DNA of 64,000 bases from Mytilus californianus. Taxonomy: Eukaryota. Location: NCBI RefSeq assembly GCF_021869535.1, contig NW_026262679.1, positions 41,106,001 to 41,170,000 on the forward strand. Direction: 5' to 3'. Shown one piece after another: positions 1 through 11,390 of this stretch. The notes under the pieces are model-generated. The model did not search any database and was not told where the DNA came from. It worked only from the letters and a program-made list of their open reading frames with translations. Position 1 is the first letter of the stretch. Each line of letters begins with the position of its first letter. Both the position numbers and the translations under genes were made by a program.

Positions 1-1567
1 ATGTAGTCAACAGACAGTCTTCAAGAATAAACAGGTGTCTACACAATTTGGTTAGCTCTGAATCATATTTCAAAATTGGCAAGCTCTGAAGCATCTTTTA
101 GTGTCAAAAACAAAAGTTCAAGATCAGGATCGGAACTATCAAAGATCTGCCAAAAGCCCATTGATGCCAAAGACTCCAAATAACAAAATAATAGATATGA
201 TATATTATATGTATATACTATAGACAACCTCTGACGAGGAATATGACGTTGTATATGCATACCTGCATGATTTTGTTTGTTATAAGTTGAGATTTTGTAA
301 AAAGGCTTCAAAAAACAATTTTCATAGAAGCTTTTAAGAATTGGTTTATTTTGGTAAATAAAAGTACATTCAAATGTATCAATAAAAAAATGAGAAATTC
401 ACAAATTAAATAACAACAAAAACTTATAAAGATAATAAAACTGATTTTTAAAAAGGCCATTTTACCAGTGAACGGAAAAAATTTCAGCAACAGAAGAAAA
501 ATGCTAATATATATTACTATTCTGTGTACAGAAACTCGACAATTAGTAAGGTGCCCAGTGTTAGAAAAGGCCTCAAGTTAACGAGTTTAAGTTAACGAAA
601 TAACACACGGCTAAATGATTTTGCAAATCATAGGAAAATCATTATATCTTACAATCATGATTGTCGTCATAACTTGTCGTGGTCACGATTTTCTAAATTT
701 CGTGTTTTACAGGGTACCCCCAGATACTATATTGTACGAGGAATCTTGAACATTTTTGCATTGATCCAACACGGATTATCTCGTGTCGTTAATCATTTTG
801 TTACTTAAACTATCAAAAGACGGGCAAAAACAAAATTTTTGTAGGGCAACTTAAAAATGTTGATATCTAAAAACATCTCTAGAGTTCATTTGAATCGAAT
901 CTTTAAAATTTCAAATTTTGAAGTTGAAATGGGCCAAGGTCACTGTTATTTAACAGCTGAAGGAAAATGGTAAATGTTCACCCCATACGTACAAACGTCA
1001 ATCTCGAATCATATTTGGCATCTTAAATATCAAATTAGTTCTAAATATAGAAACAATAGTAATAATCCTTTAATTAATTGAAATTATTTCACTCTTAACG
1101 CATATAAGTAGGGGTGGCAAGCTGTCTAAATGTGACTCTGCGTTTTCCCTGAAATTTTAGCTTTGACCTTTGACCTAAATTTAAGAAAAGACCGGACCAC
1201 TGTAGATAACAACGACATCAATATTTCGATGCAGCTTGTTCTCCTCTTTCCAATGATATAAAATACAACCGTATGTATTCAGTTAACCTAAAACTTTCGA
1301 ATTCGTTGACTGGGCACACTACTAAATTATATCCATTAGTTTTTGAATAAAGTAATACAATTTACTTCAGGTCATAAACATACCTTACAATTTTTAGATT
1401 ACCATTAAAAATACCACATCCATTTAAAATGGCTAAAGATAATCTAGTCTAAACATACTTTATTTGGTAAATTTAATCAAAATGGATAAGGCACAAAAAA
1501 AACCCAAAAAATGCAGACTACAATATAAAAATATATATACATGTATAACAATATGAGCATGCATGTA

Positions 1568-2253
1568 TACGGAAGCCCATTTAGGACCTCCAAAAATATA
1601 TATTTGAATTCGATATCACGAATTAAAATTGTTTTCATGAATTGTAGAATTCGTTATCACAGTTTAAATTCGTGATAACGGATTAAAAACGTGATAACGA
1701 ATTGTATATTTCGTAATCAAGGATTAAATTCTATCTCACGAATGCGTAAAATTTGTTATCACAGGCTTTTTGGTGATTCACGATTACTGATTAAATTCTT
1801 TATCACAGATTTTTGTAATTCGTGATAACGGTTTAAAATCGTTATAACAAATTGTATAATTCGTAATAACGAATTAAATTCGTGATAACTATTTCTGCGA
1901 ATTCGTGATAACGAATTTAATCCGTTATCACGAATAACATAAAAATTGTGATAACTATTTCTACAAATTCATGATAACGAATTCAATCCGTTATAACGAT
2001 TTATACAATTCGTTATCACGATACATAGAATTCGCTATTACGATTTTTAACCCGTTATCACGAATTACAAAAAAATGTGATAACGAATTAAATTCGTAAT
2101 TATGAATTACAAAAACTGTTATAACTAATTCCGCAAATTCGTTATCGCGAATTTAATCTGTTATAACGAATTATTCAATTCGTGATAACGATTTGAATTC
2201 GTGATTTCGAATTCAAATATATATTTTTGGGAAGTCCTAAATGGGCGTCCGTA
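1568..2253. mobile_element. Non-autonomous MITE/foldback-like element with ~55-bp TIRs and internal TCGTGATAACGAATT-type repeats
   Basis: Left end TACGGAAGCCCATTTAGGACCTCCAAAAATATATATTTGAATTCG is the near reverse complement of the right end CGAATTCAAATATATATTTTTGGGAAGTCCTAAATGGGCGTCCGTA; outer TA could be a TSD; interior is built from many GTGATAAC/GTTATCAC units in both orientations. Confidence 0.85.
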
Positions 2254-3253
2254 TTACATGTAAGTACAATTCATTGGATATGATACAAACTATAAATAAG
2301 AAAAAAGGAAAGAAAAAAAGATTGACTATTTTGAGCTGAAGACGTAGGTTTTGATTATAATGACGACTATAACGAATAACAATAACACTTTATGGAGGCG
2401 AATCGAGATCTGTTTGACATTTATATTATAAACAAATATTCAAGAAGAAAACTACGTCATTTAATGGCAGTGATGGTTCTTCTTAATTTAAATCTTGCCG
2501 GTTAAAAACACACAAATTCAGATCTTAGAATTGAAACCTTGAGCATTTATTAAATAAAATGGGTGTATAAAGTCAGAGAAAAGATACCGTTTTTAAACAT
2601 AAACAAAATCCAAAAATTAACAATATTTTTACACCGGAAAATTACATGGTTATAAGGAAACAAGATACCGGATTTTTTATTACCAAAATAAAACGGACAT
2701 TATCAGGAAACTTTTCTAACAATAGATAAAATCTAATAAGCATGTTTATATAGGTATTTTGAGAATAAGTTGGTACATACGTTTTGAAACTAAAATGCAG
2801 TTAACAATAGTAAAAAGTGAAAAGTCAATAATTCTGTAAAGTTTTATTTTAATGTCCATGCTCAATCTGTTTGAGTGAGATGACCGATGGGGGCTGTCGG
2901 AGACCAATTGGCGGCAAAAATTCTAAAAACTGACTAGTTCTTTCAAAAAGTCTATATAAATGTAAACATAATGTAAACCTTCTATGACAAGTAAAGACGC
3001 AAAAAGGTATACCTATCCGTTGACATAGGATTATTTTCTTATTAGTCTGGAAATAATGTATGATTAAAAGCTACATGTTTTGAAAGTTTACAATAAATCC
3101 AAATCTAAACCTGTAAACATATTCCTTATTTCTACTTCCTAAGTATTAACAAAATTTGGAAAAGCTGTTCATTCAAAAATCTCCTTGGCTTTAATTCAAG
3201 TATAATCCCAAATTACAAATTCTGGTATTTTCAGACCATTATAAAATATATGT

Positions 3254-4951
3254 GGGTCATTATCAAAAAAACATGCAAATTTCGATGAAGTAATATTTGG
3301 AAAAACGATGTCATTGTTTAAAACATTTAAATGTGTCCCTCTATTCTATAGTATGGTAGCAACTATTTTCAGAAATATGCAATGGGAAAAATGAAGGGTT
3401 CCTTCAATTTTAACAATTTTAGGTCATCCTTTGATAGAATCGTGTCAATGGTGTTACCAATTTAAAACATGCATTTAGGTACTAAATATTATTGTTAAAC
3501 ATCAAACAACTGTTCCAATTTGTTGTTAAGGTTTAAATTACTACTTATTGACATTATTCCTCTAGCTATACATTCTTTTTTAAACATAAATTTCAGAATA
3601 CATTGTCGTAAAAAAGTTGGCTGTTCTAATTGTGGCTGTTGTAAATACTAAAAAATACACTTAAATTGAATATATGTATAATGTATAAGATGAAATGATA
3701 AGAATATGCTTAATCCTTCGTATACAACCTAAAAACGCTTTCATTTATGAATAAAAATTAAAAAGTATCGCATTTTTATATAGTTACACCACGGACTCTT
3801 CAGTAACTCCAATGACACAAAAGTATCACCATTGACAACACATTTCAAATTTTACTTTTATTAAATACTGAACACAAAACAGAGAACACTGAGCAAAAGA
3901 AAAAGAGGAAAAATAATTCTTAGGCTTAAAAATCTCAAATTATATAACATAATATCAATAACTAAAAATGTCAGTAGTGTTACTAAATAGTGTCATTGGT
4001 GTTACCAGCATACACCAGTTTTTGAAAACTTTGTATATGTAATACATGATATTGTTAAAACATTGTTAAATAAGTATTGTTTGTTATAAATAATATGATG
4101 TTTCGCTTGTTAAACATGAAAGAAACACCAAAAAATGCTGATTGTCATAATATATTCAGTGGTGTTACTAAGCTGGTCAATGGTGTTATTTTATTAAAAT
4201 GGTCTCACCATTGACAGTAACACCATTGATTTTCAGGTGTATTTTAAGGTTTAGTTACAAAATAAGGGCTCCATTCCCCTATTTTATATGGTGTTCCTGG
4301 TGCATGTTTCTACAATCAATATATTTCATAATTCAAAGTTCAGGAATTTAAAAAAAAAAAAGATTTTTATAAGGGTACACCATGGACACTATTTTCAATT
4401 ACGATATAGCTTGTACTTACTTTTAATATTTTTTTACTAAATTTTCAACATAAATGTTTGTTTTCTTTTGCATAACATGCTTACAGGTAACATTGCTAAG
4501 GAAGAAACTATTGTAAATGCTGAAATATTGAGAAAGATAACTCTTACCCTACCAATTTGTCTTTTGGTTACACCATTGACTTAAAAAATGAGACTTTTCC
4601 TTTTGGTTAAATTTTTTATTATAAAACCAACATACACCTTCCAAATCATTAAAAAAATGTTTGTATGTATCAAATGCAATAAAAAGTGATAATTTCTAAT
4701 AACAAATGATATGAATAATAGCCCTATTTCAGGTCTGAAATAACAGTTGATTCTGGCTATATCAAAGGGTTTGAGAAAAAATTAAGAATGTTTTTATAAC
4801 ATTTCATACTGTAAACTGTGTAAAGTGTATCACAAAACATTCATATCTTTCATATGCAATAGTTATTTTGATACATTTTGATATAGTTTCATGTCTTTTG
4901 ACTTGAAAAGACCAAATAACATAGTTTTGCATGTTTTTTTGATAATGACCC
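3254..4951. mobile_element. ~1.7-kb non-autonomous TIR DNA transposon (GGGTCATTATCAAAAAAACATGCAAA termini) in an (AT)n context
   Basis: TIRs at about 3254-3280 and 4926-4951; no ORF; the flanks (3186-3246 and 4965 onward) are nearly contiguous in the paralogous region 53926-54010, where the element is absent. Confidence 0.8.
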
Positions 4952-5060
4952 ATATATATATATATAATGATATATTGAATATACACTGTCAAAAAATTAA
5001 TAATAATATTCTGATCTAATTTTTTTTTCCAATTCTATTGCAGAAATGTTTACAAGCTAT

Positions 5061-5353
5061 TTATTTGCACCTGTCCTAAGTCAGGAACCTGATGTTCAGT
5101 GGTTGTCGTTTGTCGATGTGGTTCATAAGTGTTTCTCGTTTCTCGTTTTTTTATATAGATTAGACCGTTGGTTTTCCTGTTTGAATGGTTTTACACTAGT
5201 CATTTTTGGGGCCCTTTATAGCTTACTGTTCGGTGTGAGCCAAGGCTCCATGTTGAAGGCCGTACTTTGACCTATAATGGTTAACTTTTACAAATTGTGA
5301 CTTGGATGGAGAGTTGTCTCATTGGCACTCATACCACATCTTTTTATATCTAT
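5061..5353 (-). mobile_element. Short high-copy interspersed repeat (GATGTGGTATGAGTGCCAATGAGACAACTCTCCATCCAAG family)
   Basis: Absent from the paralogue (about 54083 reads AGCTAT|ATAGGAAA); no clear TSD; related copies or fragments near 28860, 30680, 32665 and 41855. Confidence 0.8.
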
Positions 5354-5512
5354 ATAGGAAATTTAGATGTAAAACGACAGAAGCACTATTTTAAATGTTC
5401 ACAAAAGCACACAAACTAATTACATGAACCATTCTCGAGATACTAAAATAGTTGATGACCTATGTCATTGATATGGAAATAACCTTGTCATTACGAAATA
5501 GGAGACATATGG

Positions 5513-5513
5513 C

Positions 5514-5560
<47 letters not shown>
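5513..5560. repeat. (GATT)n microsatellite
   Basis: About 12 tandem GATT units; degenerate counterpart at about 54265-54305. Confidence 0.95.
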
Positions 5561-5561
<1 letters not shown>

Positions 5562-7464
5562 ACAAGGTTAGAAATAGAAGGAAAATCAAATATGATTGTA
5601 AATACTCCAAATAAATAAAATCTGTAAAGGTTTTTCACCCATCATCTCCTTTTATTCATTTTTGAATAGTTTTTTTTTTCTTATTTCAAGGATAAATTTG
5701 AACATGACTTCAGGAGACTACTCATTTCTTATTTTTAGAACTTTTTTGTGACATGTTGAATCTATAAAAAAAAGACTGTCATTTGAACATTCAGAGCATG
5801 AACTACAGAAAGTCTGAAATGGTTCTTGTTCTTCTTTTAACCTGAAATGGTCAGGATTTTTCATATTTTTTGTGAGCTTTTAGGACTTGACCAAAACCTC
5901 ATGTCCTATAAACCAATGAAATTAATTTTACTACTGTAGATTTAAGGACTTCGTCTGACGTAAAATTTGCTCTGATAAGGAATATCGTTCGTTTTTATGG
6001 TTTTATGATTCAGTTTGTTAGTCAAATAAATAAAAGATAAGTAATAAAATGCGTTCATCTTGAAAAAAATACATTCTAAAAAATGAATACATAAAAATTA
6101 TGCCTAACATATATCATACCCATTAAATTTTGATCTTATCTCTTCCAGTTAAAAGTCAATGATGTATAAACAACATCACGTATGCCCTTAGTGTGCGTTT
6201 AACGTTTTAAAAAAAGATGAGCAAACCCAATCTTTATAAAGCAGTAACAAAGTAAAAAGACGAATATGTTGATTTTCTTACTCTTTTATGTAGTTCTATT
6301 GCATATGCAAAATCAGTAAAATTCCAGTCAAAAATAAGGTACTGAAAATTCATAGCTATTCTACATAATGTAGTGATTTACACACACAATTTTTTAATAT
6401 AAAGTTGTTGCACATGTATGTCACAAAATAGACATCGTCATGTCTTTAAGGTTTAACTTGAAAACTTTGTGGTCTTCTTACAAACTGGTCATGACGACGA
6501 AATAAGTCGATGTTACGTTTCTGTTATACCATTATTTGTTCATGTACAGCTAAATCATCATTATGTGGATCTTGATAAAGAAAATGAAAACAATATGATT
6601 TATTGCTCACATTTTGATCAAATCTGAGAGGACAGATTATTTTGTATTTTTACAAATTCAAAACTCAGATTCCAACTTTCTCGAAAAATACAAATTTTAC
6701 TTTCATGCTTTTGAATTATAAAACTGCCTCATATCTTTTTGCATCTTTGACTTTCAAACTATTTTTTTTTATAACACCTATATAGATCAATCCAGAAAAT
6801 GGATCAAACTATAGAATCTGGTTCATAAGTTAAATGACAAGCGACTCATTTCACAGAAATTCTTACGAGAAAAACATACATGCAAGTCATGAACATTTCA
6901 GTATAGCTAACAATCAGTTTCAGTCGTATGATATTTTGTGAAAAAAGCCCCTGGTTGTACGATAAACATTGGAAAACAATCCTGTGCACAAGTAAAGAAC
7001 AATTATTTTAGGTCAAAATATTCAACTGTCATTTTGACTTTTATCAGTTGTTGTTTGGTTTATTTTATTCTTTGGAAGTTGTGTTGCACCTTTCAGATTT
7101 GGAGGTTTAACCATTGATTGGCTAATTCGTCATTTTCCCTAAAAAGCACTATCCAACATTATTTTGTTTCATCATTGGATAACCAATATAATAGGGAAAT
7201 ATTTTATGTTTGATTTACCATTTGCCTTTAGACATGAAATAGGTATGTGTCCTTTGTTGACACCCGTAAGGTGACATATAAATAATCACTCTCGCGGTTT
7301 GGTTCTTTGGTTGATAGTTCTATCATTTGCACTCACCACATCTCCCTATTCTTTTGACACACTTTAGTGTACATTATAATCATCTATTATATCAAAATGG
7401 CATTTTAATTTCATGTAACAACATATTAGGGAATGTCATTAAATTATTCTATACTAACTACCCA

Positions 7465-7520
7465 TCATGGTAAAATGTGCGAAAGCGTCTTAGTTTGGAC
7501 ATCAAGAATCGGTAAAGGCA
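7465..7520 (-). CDS. Ig-TM receptor A, terminal coding exon (VPLPILDVQTKTLSHILP*)
   Basis: Acceptor ...aacatttatag, phase 1, about 100-nt intron from the TM exon; frame and stop conserved in the paralogue at 56168-56223, with a synonymous TCG/TCC change. Confidence 0.7.
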
Positions 7521-7621
7521 CTATAAATGTTAAAGTTAAATTCGTTTTATTGGTTTTCGTTTTCAATTAATTCTTCAATTAAATCTCAGTAAAATGCAAT
7601 GACTAAGAAAATGCCAATTAC

Positions 7622-7780
7622 CTTCTATCTTGCTCAACATTCTTCTTTGGTCCACCTGACGTTTTCTTCTACAGATCTTCACGAACACTAGCAATGTCAA
7701 GAAGCCCAAAACGGTCCCAATTGCTATGATACCAGCAATCATTGTAACCTTTGATGGTCTATTACTTTCAGCAGACTGGT
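7622..7780 (-). CDS. Ig-TM receptor A, transmembrane exon (DQSAESNRPSKVTMIAGIIAIGTVLGFLTLLVFVKICRRKRQ...KIE)
   Basis: ttcatttccag acceptor and G|gtaatt donor, 159 nt, phase 1-1; hydrophobic helix followed by a basic stop-transfer motif; conserved with in-frame indels at 56325-56474. Confidence 0.85.
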
Positions 7781-9151
7781 CTGGAAATGAAATTGAATCA
7801 AATTGTCGTAAATTGTTGCATTTCTATTGTTATAGAAAAGACTGTAAACATAATGATGTTTTTTTTTATTATTTTTTGTCCATTGTATAATCAAAGACAC
7901 ATTTTTATCATCCTTATTATTTAATTATAAAAAAAACGTTATAATAAATAACTGAAAACTTTGCATCATGTTTGCTAAGTTTGCCGTTTGACTGTTGCAT
8001 TACTATCTCGACCATTTTCTAAATTTAAAAACATAAAATGTAAAATACATGTATTTAGACCAAATCAAGGGTCCGTGTAACACTTATCAATTCAAAATTT
8101 TAAAAAGTTTTCAAATTTTAGATTTTTGGAATGTTAATCAAAGTTTTAGAATATCAAAATTCCAAATTTTTTAAATATTTTAATTTTTAAAATTTTCACC
8201 AAATAATTAAAATTTTTAAACTCTAAATATCGTTTTTAAATTTGATAGTTAGATATTTGATCAAACTTTAAAAGTACTAAACTTAACGTGCAGTTTTGAT
8301 TATTTCGTTTTTTGGAAGTTTGAATTTTTAAATTTTTGATTAAGATATCAAAAATAGATAACGGGCGAAAACAGGGGTACCTGTAAAGTGCGAAACGGAA
8401 TAAAAGCGGAACAAAACAAAACAAAACGAAATGAACAGTTACTGTTATACAAAAGTTAATGTGTCAAATAAAAACAGAGGCAGACAGTTGTAAGCAGTGA
8501 AAAATTGGAAAAGAAAAAAAATATTTCTCAAAAGCGGAGAATTCATTTTAAAACAAGAAACACGGCTCTGATTATGATCATTCTTAGTTAGGAATAAAAA
8601 GCACGAAATATATCAAATCATTTTTAATTGCAAAATAAATAATCTAAAGAAGAAGTCTTTTTTTTTTAAAACAAATTGGACATCAATTGCGATAACAGTA
8701 TCCTGAAATTTATAAGGTTTTGCATCTATTGAAAAAAAAAATATTTAAACCTATTTAAACCGACATCAAACAAGTTGATTTACTTTTTAAAAAAATCTCT
8801 AATATAAACTTAGCGTTTCAGATGAATAATTCAGAACCATTTGGTTTCCCCAGCGCCCATCATTTAGGAGTAACAGTGAAAATTGACCAAATCGCAGTAG
8901 GCCAAATAGTATGGTAGGGTTAATTGTGTTCATATTTTCTGCTGTACTTTAGGCAATAAAATGGCTCAAAACACGTGTATTTCCTCAAATTTTATTTAAT
9001 TTTTTTTGTTTTGCTTTACAACTTCTTAACATCTGCAATCATGTAGGTAGATGAAATCATTGAATATACATTTTGACCGATCATCTCAGTTAAAATTTAT
9101 CAACTATTTCGGTTGTTATAAATTGTTGGCCTTCAAATATTCGGCTTTTGA

Positions 9152-9193
9152 ACGTTCCCGATGAAGGTAGATCCAGAAAAGCGCTTCGGACGC
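9152..9193 (+). ncRNA. Minimal type I hammerhead-like motif, core mutated (CCGAUGA)
   Basis: ACGTTC CCGATGA AGGTAGATCCA GAAA AGCGCTTC GGACGC; U4>C in the catalytic core; same defect in the duplicate at 11751-11792. Confidence 0.55.
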
Positions 9194-9527
9194 ATGCAAT
9201 TTTTAACGTTTTGTTTTCATTTTTTATCGATTGCATGACGATCATATGTTGCTTTTTATCATTGATTTCAGTTCAAAGTATTGATACAGTAGGAATACTG
9301 AATTTATGGTGTCGCAATTAACGTTGTAATTTTCAGCGTGTAATGCGGGTAGCAGTGTAAAAAAGATATCAACCTCCCACATTCGAGGCTAGTGCAACGT
9401 TCATTGCGACACCATGAATTCAGTATTCCTACCGTACCAATACTTAGAACTGAAATCAATGACACAAGGCAATATATGATCGTCATGCAATCGATAAAAA
9501 ATGATAACAAAACGTTAAAAATTGCAT

Positions 9528-9569
9528 GCGTCCGAAGCGCTTTTCTGAATCTACCTTCATCAGGAACGC
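9528..9569 (-). ncRNA. Minimal type I hammerhead ribozyme motif with intact CUGAUGA/GAAA core
   Basis: Minus strand reads GCGUUC CUGAUGA AGGUAGAUUCA GAAA AGCGCU UC|GGACGC: 6-bp stem I, short stem II, self-complementary AAGCGCUU stem III, UUC cleavage triplet. Folded by eye only. Confidence 0.65.
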
Positions 9570-10737
9570 TCAAAGCCGAATATTTGAAGGCCAACAATTT
9601 ATAACAACTGAAATAGTTGATAAAAGGTTAAAGATGATCGTTCAAAATGTACATTCAATGATTTCATCTGCCGACATGATTGCAGATAGTAAGAAGTCGT
9701 AAAGCAAAAAAAAAAAAAGTGAAATCAAATTTGAGAGAATACACATGTATTGAGCCATTTTATTGCTTAAATTTCAGTAGAAAATATATACATACTCAAC
9801 CCTACCATACTATTTGGCCTACTGCGAGTTGGTCAGTATTCACTGTTACTTCTAAATGATGGGCGCTGGGGAAACCAAATAGTTCGGAATTATTCATCTG
9901 AAACGCTTAGCTTATGTTAGAGATTTTTTTAACCGTAAATCAACTTGTTTAATGCAGGTTTAAATAGGTTTAAAAATTTTTTTTCTCAATTGATGCAAAA
10001 CCTTAAAAATTTCAGGATACTGTTATCGCAATTGATGTCCCATTTGTTTAAAAAAAAAAAACCGACTTCTTCTCTAAATTATTTATTTTGCAATTAAGAA
10101 TGATTTGATATATTTCGTGCTTTTTATTCCTAACTAAGAATGATCATAATCAGAGCCGTGTTTCTTGTTTTAAAATGAATTCTCCGCTTTTGAGAAAAAA
10201 TTATTTTATTATCCAATTTTTCACTGCTTACAACTGTCTGCTTCTGTTTTTATTAACTACATTAACTTTTAAAAAATAGAAACTGTTCATTTCATTTCAT
10301 TTTCGTTTCGTTTCATTTTGTTTCGTTTCGTTCCGCTTTTATTCCATTTCGCACTTTACAGGTACCCCTGTTTTCGCCCGTTTTCTATTTTTGATATCTT
10401 GATCAAAATTCTGAAAAATCAAATTTTAAAAACGCGAAATAATCGAAACTGCCCGTTAAGTTTAGAACTTTTAAAGTTTGATCGAATATCTAAACTATCA
10501 AATTTAAAAACGATATTTAGAATTTTAAAATTTTAATTATTTGATGAAAATTTGAAATTTTGATATTTTAAAACTTTGATCAAAATTCCAAAAATCTAAA
10601 ACTTTTTTTAAATTTTGAATTGATAAGTGTTACACGGACCATCAATGTTTCCTGAAATGATGTTTCATCAAATGTCGTTAGGACGTTTGACTAAGATGTC
10701 CAATTTAGTATTAATGGAGTAAATAATAATTACTTAC

Positions 10738-11076
10738 CATTATTGGTAAGTACATGCAGCACATGTACAAAAGTAAGATTCACTTCGCACGTATCAAATC
10801 CATAGAATAATTTGTACGTCTTGTTAACATCTGTATCTGTCAGGTTGTGTATGACGAGAGTGTACGCATCTGATCCTATCACCTCGGTGAGTTTATTTTC
10901 GAAGTCGCTGTCAACATGTAATCCGTCATACATCAAACTTTGATGTTCAGTATTTAAGTCACTCCTAGTCCAACGACGTCCTATATCATGTGTAACTTCT
11001 GATACATTTGCTGTTATGTTTACATCTTCTCCAAACAACGGAGTCGGCTTAATTTCTAAGCTGTAGCATAACGCAC
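10738..11076 (-). CDS. Ig-TM receptor A, Ig-like exon copy 1 (GALCYSLEIKPTPLFGEDVNITANV...YGFDTCEVNLTFVHVLHVLTNNG)
   Basis: Acceptor tttctttccgttaaag, donor G|gtaagt, 339 nt, phase 1-1; Ig-like pattern (G-x-x-V-x-I, W, L-x-I-x-N-L-x-x-x-D-x-x-x-x-Y). Confidence 0.8.
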
Positions 11077-11390
11077 CTTTAACGGAAAGAAACATATCCT
11101 TATTCAGGACTTTTTTTACTATGGTACATTTTTATTTTTATTCAATAGGCTATTAAAATTTAATATTTAAATCAAGACAAGTAAATATGCAATAAATGTG
11201 CAACGACAATACGACAATGGTGAAAATGTGAGTAAAATAAAACATATTCCAAAGATACTGCACTTGTAATCCCATCTGATGCCTGATTCAATATATGCCC
11301 GATTCAAAATTTTTACCGGATTAAAACTTTTTTCATTTGATTCAATGTTTCCTGGTTCAGTCTAGATTTCAGAATTGTTTTACTCTAAAA

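Larger units (their letters stand above)
8069..10640. mobile_element. Foldback element: ~1.25-kb inverted arms (8069-9328 / 9393-10640), ~65-bp spacer, ATCAA target-site duplication
   Basis: Termini GGGTCCGTGTAAC...GTTACACGGACC; ATCAA at 8064-8068 and 10641-10645; arms match as reverse complements wherever spot-checked; the paralogue has the empty site (GACCAAATCCAAGTTTCC, about 57304-57321). Confidence 0.9.

Noticed and set aside
63-490. Short minus-strand ORFs at the window start
   Set aside because: No recognisable domain and no phase-compatible splice sites linking them to receptor A.
9304-9604. Overlapping ORFs on both strands at the foldback centre (also 11561-12206)
   Set aside because: By-products of the palindromic non-coding repeat; no domain similarity apparent.
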